Under the pieces are notes generated by a model. That model was given only the letters and a program-made list of their open reading frames with translations, was not told the DNA's origin and made no database searches. A program made the position numbers and the translations under genes. Positions 39,151 to 53,851 of a stretch of 64,000 nucleotides of DNA are shown in pieces. Source of the DNA: Eledone cirrhosa (Eukaryota); assembly GCA_964016885.1 (NCBI GenBank), contig OZ024743.1, forward strand, positions 195,610,001-195,674,000, read 5' to 3'. Positions within the stretch are counted from its first letter, which is position 1. Each line of letters begins with the position of its first letter.

Positions 39151-40474
39151 CATGTATTCAATTCAGAGGTTACCTTTTTCCGTTCCTTAAGCATGTCTCG
39201 TTGATAAGTATTGGAGTCTTGCAGGGTAATGCAAATCGTTTATCAAACCTCTGTTTTCATATTTGCATGTATACTGCCATTCTATAATAATTTCACCCGT
39301 AAACCATCATTTTCCGTGATTCCTTTAAACATTTTTAATGATTTAGACTTATGAAGTACAGCACCATTAAATCTTTTCCGTGCGTTTGAATTTTTGTAAA
39401 ATGAAGGGACTTTACCCTCAGAAATGCAGAACTGATTTTGATGTGTGCCACAGAGTTGACTCTGCTACAAGGACACGATCATTTACTGATTTTAAAACGT
39501 ATTAAGTCTACGATGATTATATCAACTTGGAAAGTAACTTCATATTAACATTACTACGGGGTTATATTTCACTTTTTTTATCTTTCTAAAATTATACATC
39601 TTTATAATTTGAAAATTCTAACTTGGATGGCCTTAGCCAGATTTAATATGACCAAGACGTTGTGTGTCACTACAGTGCCCCTATATGTCCATCCTGGTCA
39701 ATACAGACAAAATAAATACATACGTACACACACATGGTAGTGCATTAAATTATGAGAATCTGCTGAAACTCAAACCCACATTTGCTCGTCCACATCTCTT
39801 ATTAACAACATATATTAGCCCACATTATATTGTGAGATCATGTGAAATTCTAACACATCCACAATCCGTATTTCACATGCGTGTTTTAATATGATTTACA
39901 CCCGAACAGACCGTGGAATCTTTTGATTATTATATAATGCTGCGAGTGGCGACACCTTCTCCAATTCACTTAGTTCGGAATAGATTTCGTGCAAGGCTAG
40001 AAACGTTTGTTAAAATTAATTAACAAATGAATTAACTCTTATGTTTTACACAGTTATATTATTTTCTTAGAAAATTAATTGCTAAATCTGCAAAGTTATT
40101 TAATTCTTTGTGTTAACAGATATGTCGATACTCTCACGTACTGAGCACGCATGACTGTAACTCTATCAGAACTGATGAGACAAATTTAGGAAAAATAAAT
40201 TAACCAGTGAAATGTTGAACATGCATATTCTCCCTAGGAGATATTTTATTATAAATCAAGGCAAAGGATGATTTCTTATACCAAATTGAATTAATTGTAT
40301 GGTCTATAGGAACAGGCATGAATGTGTAGTCAAATAGTTCCCTTCCCAACCACATGGTTTCGTGTTCACTCCCACTGCATAGTTACACGGCAAAATGTTT
40401 TATAATACATCATTGAGTGAAATTTGGTTGAGGGAAACAGCAGAAACATGTCGTATTTATCTCTCTCTGTCTCC

Positions 40475-40524
<50 letters not shown>

Positions 40525-40721
40525 CTGGGCAAGCTATTTAGAACGCTGGTTTAACCACTTTACTTCCATCCAAAGAAGAGATATTATCTCGAAAATTAAT
40601 GATATTTAAATAAATTTAACGTAAAAGATTAATTGTCAAGAATATCTTTTGCATTTGCATTTATATTCTATACCCATACCTGCATTGTTTTGGCTTTACA
40701 AATACAAACGTTTATATATAT

Positions 40722-40917
40722 ATAGGAAAAAGTATGACCCCGACGGCAGAGCTCAAGCCGTTTCGACAGCTATTTCTAGTCCAGAAATAGCTGTCGCAAC
40801 GGCTTGAGCTCTGCCGTCGGGGTCATACGTTTTCCTATTTCCCACTCTACTACCCTAACTATTGAAAACTCTGGTGCGTTATGGTCCATCTGGTTCCTTA
40901 CCACAATTCCTTTGTTA
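40722..40917 (+). mobile_element. PLE-type fold-back element family A
   Basis: Inverted repeat centred ~40779, long arm to 40917, (TA)n flanks. Confidence 0.8.
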
Positions 40918-41309
40918 TATAGATATATATATATATAAATGAATAAAATTGTTGTCTCTGATCGAGACGAAGTGAGAATATACTTGAATTCATTAAAAAA
41001 AAGAGAAAACGTAATGCTGGAGTAAATGTTAAAACAGCTAAATTCAATCAATGACAAGATGTTTAAATACACCTCATGGGGCAGAGATCAGTGGCTAGTG
41101 GTCAGTACACAGACAATCGACGGTGTTGGGGATAGGCAGATGAAATATGGAAACCATTGGGAGTGGAGGTGAACAAAGAGAAGTGTATTGGATATACGAG
41201 TGGTTGCTGAAAATTTCCTGGTTTAAGTGTATCTTGAAAGAGTAGACCTCTTAACTATACAGAAGAGGTAGGCCAACTATATATAAATATGTGTGTGTGT
41301 GTGTATGTG

Positions 41310-41368
<59 letters not shown>

Positions 41369-41394
41369 GTATATATATATATATATGTAGATAA

Positions 41395-41884
41395 ATCTAC
41401 CAAGAGTTTACGGTAGTGTCCAATCCGCATGAAGAACTCAATGTATTCCGGATATCATGGAAAGAAGAGATGCAATGAAAAACGACTTTCGGTGAAAGAT
41501 AAACGGTATACAGAGTCAAGATAAAATATTAAACAAATAATGAACAAACAATTCCTTATATTAAACAAAAAAAGTTCATTATTTAACGATCGTTTCTAGG
41601 ATATATATGTGTTATAATTGGTATGCATATTCAACAGATCTATGTACAAAATTATACAAAATTATACAAATTATCAAGATTACACATATATATCCTAGAA
41701 ACGATCGTTAAATAATGAACTTTTTTTGTTTAATATAAGGAATTGTTTGTTCATTATTTGTTTAATATTTTATATATATATATATATATATTATGAAAAT
41801 ATTATGAAAAAGAGCTATACCTTTACTGTCATTTCTATAATACGAAGAGGGTGTTTAACTCCAACACACTCTAGTATTTCAATT

Positions 41885-41934
<50 letters not shown>

Positions 41935-42010
41935 GAAACGATCGTTAAATAGTGAACTTTTTTTGTTTAATATAAGGAATTGTTTGTTCATTATTTGTTT
42001 AATATTTTAT
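41395..42010. mobile_element. PLE-type fold-back insert with half hammerhead GAAAC-GATC-GTT
   Basis: 41520-41611 inverted to 41682-41772; a third copy at 41933-42010. Confidence 0.6.
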
Positions 42011-42057
42011 ATATATATATATACATTTATATACACACACATAAATATATATATATA

Positions 42058-42215
42058 TAACGAAGGAAATGTGGTAAGGGATCAGGTGGACCATAACGCA
42101 CCAAAGTACTCAATACTTAGGGTAGTAGAGTGGGTAATAGGAACCAGTAAGACCCCGACGGCTTAGCTCAAGCCGTCGAAACGGCTTGAGCTAAGCCGTC
42201 GGGGTCTTACTGGTT

Positions 42216-42220
<5 letters not shown>
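42058..42220 (-). mobile_element. PLE-type fold-back element family A
   Basis: Long arm 42058-42177, inverted arm 42178-42220. Confidence 0.8.
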
Positions 42221-42256
<36 letters not shown>

Positions 42257-44225
42257 GTAAAAGGTAAACAAAAATAACAACACAATCGGTACAATATATG
42301 GAAGGAATATATTAGATTACGCTTGAAATAGCAGGAAGAGGGTCTTAACGCCTCGGACGCTCCAAATCAATAATTAAAATGATTAGAATAATTTTTGATG
42401 ATTAACCCAACGGTTGAAGTTCGAATACACTTATAGAAAAAAAATAGACTTGCGTTCAAGTAGCAGAATGATCTCTGAAACTTCTTCGTCGTTGGGGAGA
42501 ACTCCTAAGACGGTCCTTCCAAGGTGTTCTGTTAGAAAAAACCGATAGTTGGATCTCCAAGTGAGATCAAGAGAAACCAATCGAGGCTTCAGATGTTATC
42601 AATTTATCTTGCTTATGGTCTAAATATCAGTCTCCTGTCTTTTGACGTCACCCGTAAAATATATCTTGCATATTTTAGTATCTGCATATCTATAAAACAT
42701 ATATATGAATTAATCTTTCAGTTTCAGGTTAATCAATAATAAAAACGATTTAATTATATAATTGTTTGTCACTTCAATCTTAATAACACAATATATAAAT
42801 ATTATGAGATTTTTTGTTCATTAGTATGCACGATTTGTGTTACAACTAAAATATAAAACAATATATAATTGATTTTATGATATAATAATGGCTTTTTCGT
42901 GAATTAAATAAAATAATAGTGTGTCATCTTTGTACTTCCAGGAGCGTGCGCACACCCACATACGCAATACCAACTAAATATAGCAGCTGTTTTAGACTCT
43001 ACAGATTTTTTTAGTACTTTTTACAATCCAAATTTATAATTTCATATATTTTTTATTTATTTATTATCTTCTAATCTCATTTTATTTACCTATTCTATAA
43101 CGTCCCCTCTCTATTTTCTCCAGAATCCTTTTTCGCCTGTTTCCTAACTAGCCTAATTTCATACACACTCCTTAGAATTTGCTGTATAGAATTCACATTC
43201 AACGCTTGATCGGTTCCACCCACTCCCTCATTGTTCTACAGGCAAGTTCAGTCACCCCCACCCCCCACCCACTGCAAGGAAAGATTTAATGGTGTTTACA
43301 AGAAATTTTGACCAATCCTTTTGACACCTATAATCTTCTCATATAAGGGATTACCCCTTGAAAAGTTCGGCTATTTATTTACCACGCTGAAAATTCTAAT
43401 TTAGTCCTGAAATACTCGTCGAAACGGCTTGAGCTCTGCCGTCGGGATTAAACATTTTCATATATATATATGCATATATATGATGGCTACGCCCTCGTTA
43501 ATGAGTATGGCGATTGCACGATATAACATTATTAATAATTATCAATTAATGTTATTGTACAATGCATGTGTGTGAAGAGATTTTTTAAAGTAGCTGGAAC
43601 CCGAAAAGAAGAAAATATCTACATCATCGGTAACTACTGAGCCGCAGGTTTTATGTCGGAGTTATCCCATTTTCCTGATTGTCGTCTCCTAGAAGAATGC
43701 CCTGACGAAAGCTAGGAGTCCTTCACTCTCAGTGGTTTAACCGTGCGGTCGGGTATCCAGCTCGATTATTTCTATGTCCCCGCGCATATGCATATGTATA
43801 CATGTATATACATATATACATATGTAAATACACTGCATATATATATACATACACACATACCGACCTACATATCTATGTATTTATTTATCTATCTGTCTAT
43901 TTATCGATTTATCTATCTATCAATCGACCTTTCTCTCTATGTATCTATCTATTTATCTCTTTTTCTATGATTTAATATTTTATTCATATATCTTCGTATT
44001 GTTTTCAGTCATTAGATTACGGTCATTCTGGGGCAACTCTTTTAAAGTGTATACATATATATGTGTGTGTGTATCTTTATATTAACGTACTGGATGCTTT
44101 TATTCTTGCCATCCCATACTTTTCTGTATAACAAAGGGTCATCGGCCTAAGAGATGCAAAGACGAGTACATAAACACACACACACACACACACACAGTCA
44201 TATATAAATACATATGTATGTATAT

Positions 44226-44264
<39 letters not shown>

Positions 44265-44276
44265 CATATGTATACA

Positions 44277-44369
<93 letters not shown>

Positions 44370-44381
44370 ATGTATTTATGT

Positions 44382-44428
<47 letters not shown>

Positions 44429-46934
44429 ATTGTTAGTTTATTATATTTGACAATATGTTACAGCCTTCTTTAAGTTCACGCTTTAAATAATATCATGATA
44501 AGGAATGATGGAAAAAATCCCGAGACAGGATCTTAAAGGAACATAAAAGAAATGTGTGTGTAACATAATCGTTTGATGAAACTGTGAAGATTACTCTCCT
44601 TACTTAATATTGAAAGATGAAACCTTAGGATAAAATGGCAAACTTTCAGAAAATGATGGTGCTATGGTTCTTTATCAGGTAGAATATGCGTTAATACTTA
44701 CTGTCTCCTTTTGTTTGTTGTCTTCAAACAGTAAACTTTTTCGCAGAAGCAAATCGTTGAATTGGACAATTTCCAAAACATGTCAGTGGTGAAAGTTAGA
44801 TATATCATGTCGTTTATTCGTATCACATACAAACAACAATTTCTTGTATGATTAGATTTGACAACAGACTTGTGTTGCTTTGTTATCTCAGAAATAAGAA
44901 ACAGAAGAAAGTGGGAATTCTGCAGAAATTATGACGCTCTTTATGTTCATGGGTATTTTAGATTCGATATGAGTTAATAACATCTGATTGGTCGTATTCT
45001 TCATGGAAATAACCACACGCATAGATACACATCAAACATCAAGCAAGCAGCATTAATTCCCGTGGAAGGACATTAGGAATATACAACAAATATACTAATG
45101 AAGTCAATATAAGTTAGTAAAGTATAAAAGAGGAAAGCACTCAACGTCATGGGTAAAATTTAATAACATAACTCTGCCAAAGAAATACTATACTTCAAAG
45201 CATTTCATCAAAAGATATTACCAATATTCTTTTTTTATTTATCACAGATGAATTACGAAATTGTAAAATATAAGGCAGGAAAGAATTAATCTCGAAAGTA
45301 AGGTTTGTAATACAGAAACATCTGGTTTGGAAATTAATTCGTTGAAAAAAAGAAAATGCTTAGCTAGGGGTCCATTAATATCATATCCTTAAGTAGGATA
45401 TTAACTGTACACACAATCGGAGTATTATATATTTGAATGTTTGGACAGAAATTAATTGTTTTATGTTAACCAATAAATAGAGTACATAAATTTGATTCCA
45501 TAATATTCGTTCCTAACCATCGAAATCTTACATAAAATGACACTTAGAAAAATAATTAATAGAACCTTTGTATATAAAATACACACATGCTTCTTAATAC
45601 AAATTAGAAGCTAAAATAGAATGCGCCTTAATAGAAATTAAAAGCTAAACTAAAGATATGTTAATTTATGTCACGTTAGCAGCACTGTAGTTGGGGCAGG
45701 CATGTAATTCTCAATTTTACAGTTCATGTAAAAGTAAATATATAAATGTTCTTAGTATCAAGAACTGATGAGTATTTTCACCATCTTTGAAATTCAAATT
45801 GATTAAACGTATGATCGACTGGTTTTTCCACAAAGGAATATTAATTAGAATTGACCAACGTCTTGGAAATTGCATAACTTCACTCACCTCCAGTAAAAGA
45901 GTCGTCTTATATGGATATAATACACACACAGATGAAGATGATAGTAACAAATCCTGAACATATTACATATTGCTTTCGTTGTTCGGCGATAGGTCAGCCC
46001 GTATGGACGACTTCATTCCCACCGCGCCCATCACGTTTTAGTAGTGTATACGATTAAACCTTCCAGTTTTATATTCATATATTTAAGATATTGAGGTATT
46101 ATTTCTAGACTTGGATGATATTTCACGGTTAAATTACCCAATATGTCCCTCTATATTTAAGAAGATAACGCATTATTTTGAAACTTGGTTGCTATTTCTA
46201 GCAAGTTCATCGACTACGTACTTGATCTCTCATTCGCTCGGGAATAAATTTGTTTAAACAATTCTTCCCATCACCTCATATTCACCAATCCCATAAATAT
46301 TGTGAGGAATTTGCCTCCTTTATCTCTGTGACGGTTGAATCACAAAAGGATTGAAATAAAAATTCATCACAATTTAAAAATTGTATTATCGTTTCTGGCA
46401 TCTGCTAATGAAAAAAAAAGAAAATTATTGATTCCTATTTATATGCTATAAATTATTCTAGAATCTTCTGTCAAGTCAACATGATCATTAGGTTAATTCT
46501 ATATTGTGTATGAAGTTAAAATGTGGATTTAGTACTAATGCATACCAATAGAGTTCTCTATAACTTTTGATCCATGAATTTCAAGTAGATTATTTACAAA
46601 TCAATTTAAGCGTAATTTTAAGACTCATAATTATTATTCCTTTCCAAAGTTATAGTTTAACAACATAACTAATTAATGGTTATTATTTCATCTTAGATTG
46701 GTAAAAATATTGGTATTTCTATTAAATCATTTATCAATATATTTACCCAATATTATACTATAAATATAGAAATTATTCCTTATTCCACAATGATCATATT
46801 GGGTAACTGTAGTATTTAAATAAACTTTAGTATTTAAATAAAACAATTATCCCTGTTGTGTTTCTGAAGGTACATTGTTAGATACGATCATGTGTGTGAG
46901 TAATATGAAATATGTGCATATCTATCTAGGGCGG

Positions 46935-47920
46935 GTAAATTTCCCGAAATCCATGGATGAGTTCTCTCCATCCGTCTCGGTCCTTCATCATCGCCGCCAT
47001 GCCCTGATCTTCCAGAGACCAGTGTCTGTCCTTACGGCATCAATATATGTCAACCTCGATCTCCCTCTTTTAATGTATCCGTGTAGGGCTTCCACAGGAG
47101 CACTGAGTGCAGTGTCATCTCTGACGGTGAGCACGTCAAGCTAACCTCAGTTTCCTGTGTGTTACTTTCGAGCTGACTTCTGGGAGGCTCCCGTACAGCT
47201 CTGAGTTCTTCCTCCTCAGTGTATACTGATTAATGTTCAGAGCCATCCTCAGCATTCTCGTGTAACACCCATCCACCATCTCAGTGAGTTTCTTGGTCAG
47301 TGTCCAAGTCTCAGACCCGTACAGTAGCATATACTCCACTGTAGCAATAAAGAGACAGATCTTCAGGTCTTTTCGAAGGTCTGATTTCCACACCGATCTC
47401 AAACTGTGGCACGCCGCCCAGGCGTTGCTCTTCCTCTCAACCACACCATCCTCTGTGTTCCCAATATTTGCTCCAAGATACAGGAAGTCCTCAACCAGCT
47501 CTATCGGTTTTCCGCCTACATTCATAATCTTCTCTGGCTTCTTAATGTTCTCTACCAGATACTTCGTCTCAATCTCATTCATTCTCTGCCCCAGATTCAT
47601 CGACACAGTCTCCACCTTCTTCATCAACTCCTCTCTCCTTCACTGTGTTTGCAACCAGAACTATATCGTCAGCAAATTCAGCATGTGATATCATTTTAGC
47701 CTTAACTCTCCTGCTCTGATCCAGTGCTCAATAGTCCACTGCGATAATAAAAGATAGGGAGCCAATGTATCTCCCTGGAGCACTCTAGTCAGTATCTCAA
47801 AGAACTCCGTCATCTCGTCAGGTGTAATGACTTGGACTCTGGTGTTGGTGTAGAACAGTGATATCAGGTCCAGTATCTCATTGGGGATTCCATAAGCCTA
47901 CAATATCTTCATCAGGCAGT
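46935..47920 (-). mobile_element. RTE/RTE-X-like LINE RT fragment
   Basis: Minus strand: VLQGDTLAP, FADDI, DFLYLG, LLYGSETWTLTK, DGCYTRMLRMALNI. Confidence 0.85.
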
Positions 47921-48282
47921 GACGTACAATTATAGTATAATATAATATATGTCGCATCCATTCCACACTGTAAACATGAAACTGTTGTCAATATATATGT
48001 ATATATATGATTCTTCAGTTGAATAGGAGGTTAACTGTGTGTACAAACATTGAAAATGCTCCGAAGTCGCCAAGCCTAGGTTTGGAAGAAACAATTGTCA
48101 GCGATTAAATATTTTGAACGTAACTTTGATTCTTGTGTATTCAATATTACTGCTCTGTAAAACAACTGATGTTCTTACATTGAGCTATTTATCTTACCGG
48201 TAATAAGGTAGTAATAAATTACTGACCTTCCCAGTTTATAGTTGTTTATATTATAGTATATACATAACTATAAATAGTATCT

Positions 48283-48331
<49 letters not shown>

Positions 48332-48335
<4 letters not shown>

Positions 48336-48522
48336 TTAGAGCAAACTTCACGAGCGCTCTATCTCAAAATTATTTTTGAAAAGTATTAGAAATGCGCAAC
48401 CGGTAAAAACTTAACACTAAAACTGAATATTAACCAATACTTATTACTAATTTATACTTATTCCTAATTAAACTATTTTTCACTGGGAAAAACTTGTCAG
48501 CATTTTCTTTTCTTTTTACTAA
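48332..48522 (+). mobile_element. Short PLE pLTR fragment (homologous to 26153-26352) with variant hammerhead motif
   Basis: TTT-TTGAAAA-GTATT aga AATGC-GCAACCGGTA-AAA; (TA)n on both sides. Confidence 0.6.
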
Positions 48523-48591
48523 TATATATATATATATATATATAGTAATAATAATAAATTTGAAGACTAAAATCCAAAGTGGGCTCGATAA

Positions 48592-48631
<40 letters not shown>

Positions 48632-48815
48632 CCTGATTACTTCTTTCGTTGTTTTCGTATTGTATGGTTGGGTTTTGCCTACAGCAATTTTCAATTTGTC
48701 AAGCTATTTAAACGTAATGTTATTACTCTAAGGGCCGTGATTTGCTACTCACACCTTATTGTAAGTCGACTTTGATTGGCCACAACCAAAGCTTCGATTT
48801 TACTAAGCTTCCACT

Positions 48816-48850
<35 letters not shown>

Positions 48851-49039
48851 AGATAAATTAACGGAGCCATAGATTCTCGTTATTCCCTGTATAATATGTG
48901 CTCAAAGGAAAAGGAATCCTGAGCTCTTCAAAATACAATATGTAGAAAGGATAACACACTAGAGATGGCATATACTCTCTCTCTCTCTCTCTCTCTCTCT
49001 AGTGTGTTATCCTTTCTACATATTGTATATACATATATA

Positions 49040-49740
49040 TATATGGATGTATATATAATGTATTTTGCAATACACTTTATGCTTAATTAAAAGCATTTTG
49101 AAGACCGTAAGCTATTGTTTTAAAGTAGTGACAAATTCACTCACTTTGATCTCAGCAAACAGGGGAGATAAGCCGACAAGACTTGTTTCGCTTTGGTTGA
49201 AGCTTATCAAGGCCAACTAGCCCACCTGTTTACTGAGATCATTGATGTTATATTCTTAGTAAATAATCAGGAGCTGATTATGCAGAGCGGTTGTTGGTCA
49301 GGCAGAAATTAAAAATTAGAATTGGAGCTCTGAAATAGCAATATATATATGGATGTATATATAATGTATTTTGCAATACACTTTATGCTTAATTAAAAGC
49401 ATTTTGAAGACCGTAAGCTATTGTTTTAAAGTAGTGACAAATTCACTCACTTTGATGTCAGCAAATATATATATTGCTATTTCAGAGCTCCAATTCTAAT
49501 TTTTAATTTCTGCCTGACCAACAACCGCTCTGCATAATCAGCTCCTGATTATTTACTAGATTTCTATAAGAATATAACATCAATGATCCCAGTAAACAGG
49601 TGGGGTAGTTGGCCTCGATAAGCTTCAACCAAAGCGAAACAAGTCTTGTCGGCTTATCTCCCCTGTTTGCTGAGATCAAAGTGAGTGAATTTGTCACTAC
49701 TTTAAAACAATAGGTTACGGTCTTCAAAATGCTTTTAATT
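49040..49740 (-). mobile_element. Second retrozyme-like insert: ~1.4 tandem units of ~306 bp plus a ~270-bp inverted copy
   Basis: 49043-49160 repeats at 49349-49465. 49470-49740 is the reverse complement of ~49085-49345. The minus strand has TTGATAA-GCTT caacca AAGC-GAAAC AA GTC at 49210-49180. Confidence 0.65.
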
Positions 49741-49792
49741 ATATATATATATATTAATTATATATATATATATATAATTATATATATATATA

Positions 49793-49830
<38 letters not shown>

Positions 49831-50233
49831 GTAAGTCCAAAGAATCATTAGATAAAATATATACAGTATTTCCTCTCCCAATTAATATAAATTAACCCCA
49901 CAAAAATCATTTAAACGAGGCTATAAGATTAAAATGTACTTGTGAAGAAATAATAGACACATGATACAGATTCTTTTCCGCGATGTACAATCATATGACA
50001 TTTACCTAGTATTTCTCCTATCCTGTAGAAATTGACTTGACAAAGAGTTAACTACGCGGAATTAGGTATACATTTTAAGGTGGAAGAAAAAGTACACATA
50101 AATATTGCCAAAATGATCGTCGTCTCTACCAACCGGTGGTTTCGTTCCACTTTTTGGATTTATCCGGTCTTGGATAAATCCACGAGGCTCGGAAGGGATA
50201 TATTAGGTTAACGCTTTATATAGCAGGAAGAGG

Positions 50234-50271
50234 TTCTTAACGTTTCGGACGCTAGACCTTCATCAGAAGAA
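50234..50271 (-). ncRNA. Minimal Penelope-type hammerhead ribozyme motif
   Basis: TTCTT-CTGATGA-AGG tctagcgt CC-GAAACGTT-AAGAA, with palindromic AACGTT replacing stem III. A decayed copy lies at 42300-42361. Confidence 0.85.
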
Positions 50272-50498
50272 AGTATGAGAAATAAGATAGATTGAGGGGA
50301 CGGGCGGGATAGAGTTGGAAAAAATGTCTTTAGATAAAAATAACATGTCCATTCATGTTGACATATTTTGCAAAACTGTTGGTGCTGGCGTTTTGTGTAT
50401 GATTTATTTTTTTAGAAAAGTGGATGATGGAGCGCGTGTACCTGAAATGGAAAAAAAAACATTTTGTAAAAAGAGCTAAACTTGTGCACGTGCGTAAG

Positions 50499-50551
<53 letters not shown>

Positions 50552-50738
50552 ATACATCCGTATGAAGCTAAGACGAACGGTGTGTGTATATGTGAGTAAA
50601 AGAGTGTGTGTGCATGTAAGTACGAAGCTATGAGCAAAAATAGGTTAATATAAGGGTTGTATGTGTTTATACAGAGCAGTAAAGGGAAAAGTGGAGTGAG
50701 CATATATAGTCGGCATGTATTAATTGTAAGAGAAGCTG

Positions 50739-51128
50739 CTAATGATCAAGAGAAAGTGATAGGGATCTAGGGGTGTGATTAGAGAAATTGGGGAGTGAGT
50801 TGCATCCAAGAGGGGAATAGGACCCAAGCCGATCAATCAGACTTTGTTTAGTCCTGGTGCACGAGGCCTGTGATCCATGATGTAAACGGACGCCCAGGAC
50901 TAAAACATGTAGGGAAGAATGACCAGGAGAACAGAAATGAGGGGCGACTGGAGTATCCAAACTGAGTCGTTTGTCCCTCAAATGTTCGGCAAAACGGTCC
51001 GCCATACGGCGTCCCGTTTGTCCGATATATAAAGACCCGCAAAGGGATCGCCGGAGGGCATAGACAACGTGGGTGGATGTGCAGGTGAAGGGCCTGTAAG
51101 AGTGGTGAGGAGGGAAATAAAGGGACAA
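50739..51128 (-). pseudogene. Penelope GIY-YIG endonuclease domain (5'-truncated)
   Basis: VVY / YIGQT motifs, R..EH, HF, terminal G.N. Confidence 0.88.
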
Positions 51129-51163
51129 GTGTTACAGCGGGAACGAGAACAAGGATGAGAGTC

Positions 51164-51237
<74 letters not shown>

Positions 51238-51252
51238 GTATATATATATCTA

Positions 51253-51310
<58 letters not shown>

Positions 51311-51312
<2 letters not shown>

Positions 51313-51449
51313 TAGGAAAGAGTAGGACCCCGACGGCTTGATCTCAGCCGTCGGGGTCCTACTCGTTCCTATTACCCACTCTACTACCCTAAGTATTGAG
51401 TACTTTGGTGCGTTATGGTCCATCTGGTTCCTTACCACATTTCCTTCGT

Positions 51450-51451
<2 letters not shown>
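51311..51451 (+). mobile_element. PLE-type fold-back element family A (shortest fold-back)
   Basis: Inversion centred in the stem III loop ~51341. Confidence 0.8.
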
Positions 51452-51494
<43 letters not shown>

Positions 51495-51624
51495 TTATAT
51501 ATATGTGTGTGTGTGCTCAGAGCTTGAAGAACTGCAACTAAATGCTTTAAGGCATTTATTCTATTGCTCTAACGATTCTGCCAATCTACTGCCTTAGTCC
51601 TTGTATTATTAAGAAAGATTCTGA

Positions 51625-52165
51625 GGGTGGGGGATTGACAGTATCAGTAGAGCGTCGGAGAACATACCTTTACGTTTTGAGTTTAAATCCCGCTTAGGTT
51701 AACTTTGCCTTTCATCCTTACGGGATCATTAAAATGAAGTACAAGTAATGCACTGTGGGCGATTTAAACAACTTCCCCCTCTCCCCAAATTGCTGGCCTT
51801 GTGCCAATAGAAGGAATCATTATTAATAGTATACGCATAGAGTTACGGCCCTTGCCATTCTGAATTCAAATCCCGCCTAGGTTAACTTTGCCTTTCATCC
51901 TTACGGGGTCGATAAAATAAAGTACCAGTAATGTACTGGGTATTGCTGGCCTTGTGCCAATAGTAGAAACAATTATTAATAATATTCCATGAATATATTT
52001 TGGCAGTTGATAGGTTGAATCTACTGAGTCACGATCCCGGTGAAGTCAACTTTGCCTTCCATCAGGAAATTATCGATAAAATAAGTTAAGTATTAGAATC
52101 GATATAATCAAATTTCATTTTTCCCTAAATATTGGCGTTCTGCCTAAATTCGAAACCATTAATTT
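51625..52165 (+). mobile_element. Three adjacent SINE S1 copies
   Basis: Cores at ~51700, 51885 and 52050. Confidence 0.8.
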
Positions 52166-52187
52166 TGTTATCTTCTCCTCTTCTTTC

Positions 52188-52430
52188 TCATTATCATCAT
52201 AATCTTCATCACCATCATTAACACTATCATCGCAACCTCATCATCATCGTCATCATCATAATCATTACAATCATCATCACAATCATCATCATTGTCATCA
52301 TCATTATCATCATCATCATCGTCATTATCATCGTCGACATCATCATCATCATCAGCATCAACATCACCAGCATCGTCATCATCCTCATCATTAGTAGTAG
52401 TAGTAGTACTACTACTACTACTACTATTAC

Positions 52431-52484
<54 letters not shown>

Positions 52485-52503
52485 CAGCAGCAGGAGCAGC
52501 AGC

Positions 52504-52557
<54 letters not shown>

Positions 52558-52568
52558 TGTAGTAGTAA
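52188..52568. repeat. Compound trinucleotide microsatellite (ATC)n/(GTA)n/(CTA)n
   Basis: Direct inspection. Confidence 0.9.
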
Positions 52569-52994
52569 CTGGAACAGTAACAGTTGAAGAGATTTTTTTT
52601 TTACGAGATATTTGCTTTTTATTTTTCATTAATTTAATTTTCATAAATAACAGTCGGATATAAAATTCAGACACGTAATATAAATGTATTAACTCTCTTT
52701 AACGATAAATCAGTATGCTTCACATAATTCAAATTTATATTCAAGTTAATAGTAGACAAATAATCTCATAAATAGCTCTCTTAGAGACTAAAATGAATAT
52801 AATTTACCGATTATCAGTCCGTAATTAACCCCTCAACTTAGAACAAAAATATAAAACAAATATTGACTAATTTATCATATTTGGTGTCTTATCAACGATC
52901 AAGTTAGAGTTACCATATTTAATGCAGAATTATAGTCATGAGGAAAAGACAATCTTACTCAATGATTGATATTATTTTAATTATTCTGCGAGCC

Positions 52995-53695
52995 AATTGC
53001 ATTCGCAGAGATTTTGGAGCGTCGAGTAAACGCTTTGGGGTATTTGTTTCGGTTACTTCCCTTTGAGTTCAATCCATCCGAGGTCAATGTTAGCTTTCAT
53101 AATTCCGTGATTGATAAACTTTAATACAAGTTAACTAGTGGCGTTGATTCAATGGACTATCCTTGCCCCAAACTGCCGGTCTTGTGTCAAATGTAGAAAC
53201 AATTAGTACTTTTAGAATTATTATTAATAATTGTTTGGCACAAGGCCTGCAATTATCCCAGTGCATTAATGGTACTTTATTTTATCAACCCCGCAAGGAT
53301 GATAGGCAAAGTTAACCTCGACGGTTTTGAACTCAGACCGTAAAGGGGCGTACCTATGCTGCAAAGTATGGCGTCCGACCCAAGGTACAAGGCCAAGAAT
53401 CATTTGGAGGGAGGGGAAAGTCGAATAAATCGACCGTAATTCGTTACTTTTATCGTCTCCGTAAGGATGAAAGACAAATTTTCCCTCGCCGTGATTTGAA
53501 ATTAGTACGTAAAGTTCCGTAACTCTATGCCACGAAGCATGTTGTACGGCGCTCTACCGGTACTGCCAATCCACCGCCCTCAAAATTGCTTTTAATAACA
53601 GTTTCAGGTTTAGGCACAAGACCAGTAGATTTGGGGGTGGGGAACGTCGATTAGATCGACCCCAGTACGTTACTGGTGCTTTATTTTATTGACCA
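52995..53695. mobile_element. Cluster of four SINE S1 copies (one +, three -)
   Basis: Cores at ~53085 (+) and 53290, 53455, 53680 (-). Confidence 0.75.
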
Positions 53696-53851
53696 CTTTG
53701 CTCAGGAGCGGTAAAGTCAGAGACATGGTTGTACGAAATGTAACGACAACAACGCATTACAACATTTATCTATAGTCTACTGACATTTCTCAATACCAGC
53801 TAACACATCTTGGTGGCTGAGACTTCAACTGGAAACAGCTATAAGATTTTC

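Larger units (their letters stand above)
50100..51166 (-). mobile_element. Penelope-like element 3' end: GIY-YIG endonuclease, 3' UTR and hammerhead
   Basis: ORF 50739-51128 (FTCTSTHVVYAL..C..LYIGQTGRR..RFAEH..VAPHF..GH..LG..P.G.N) with an HHR ~470 nt downstream. Confidence 0.9.

Noticed and set aside
52168-52674. Poly-T/D and poly-S/V ORFs
   Set aside because: Trinucleotide microsatellites.
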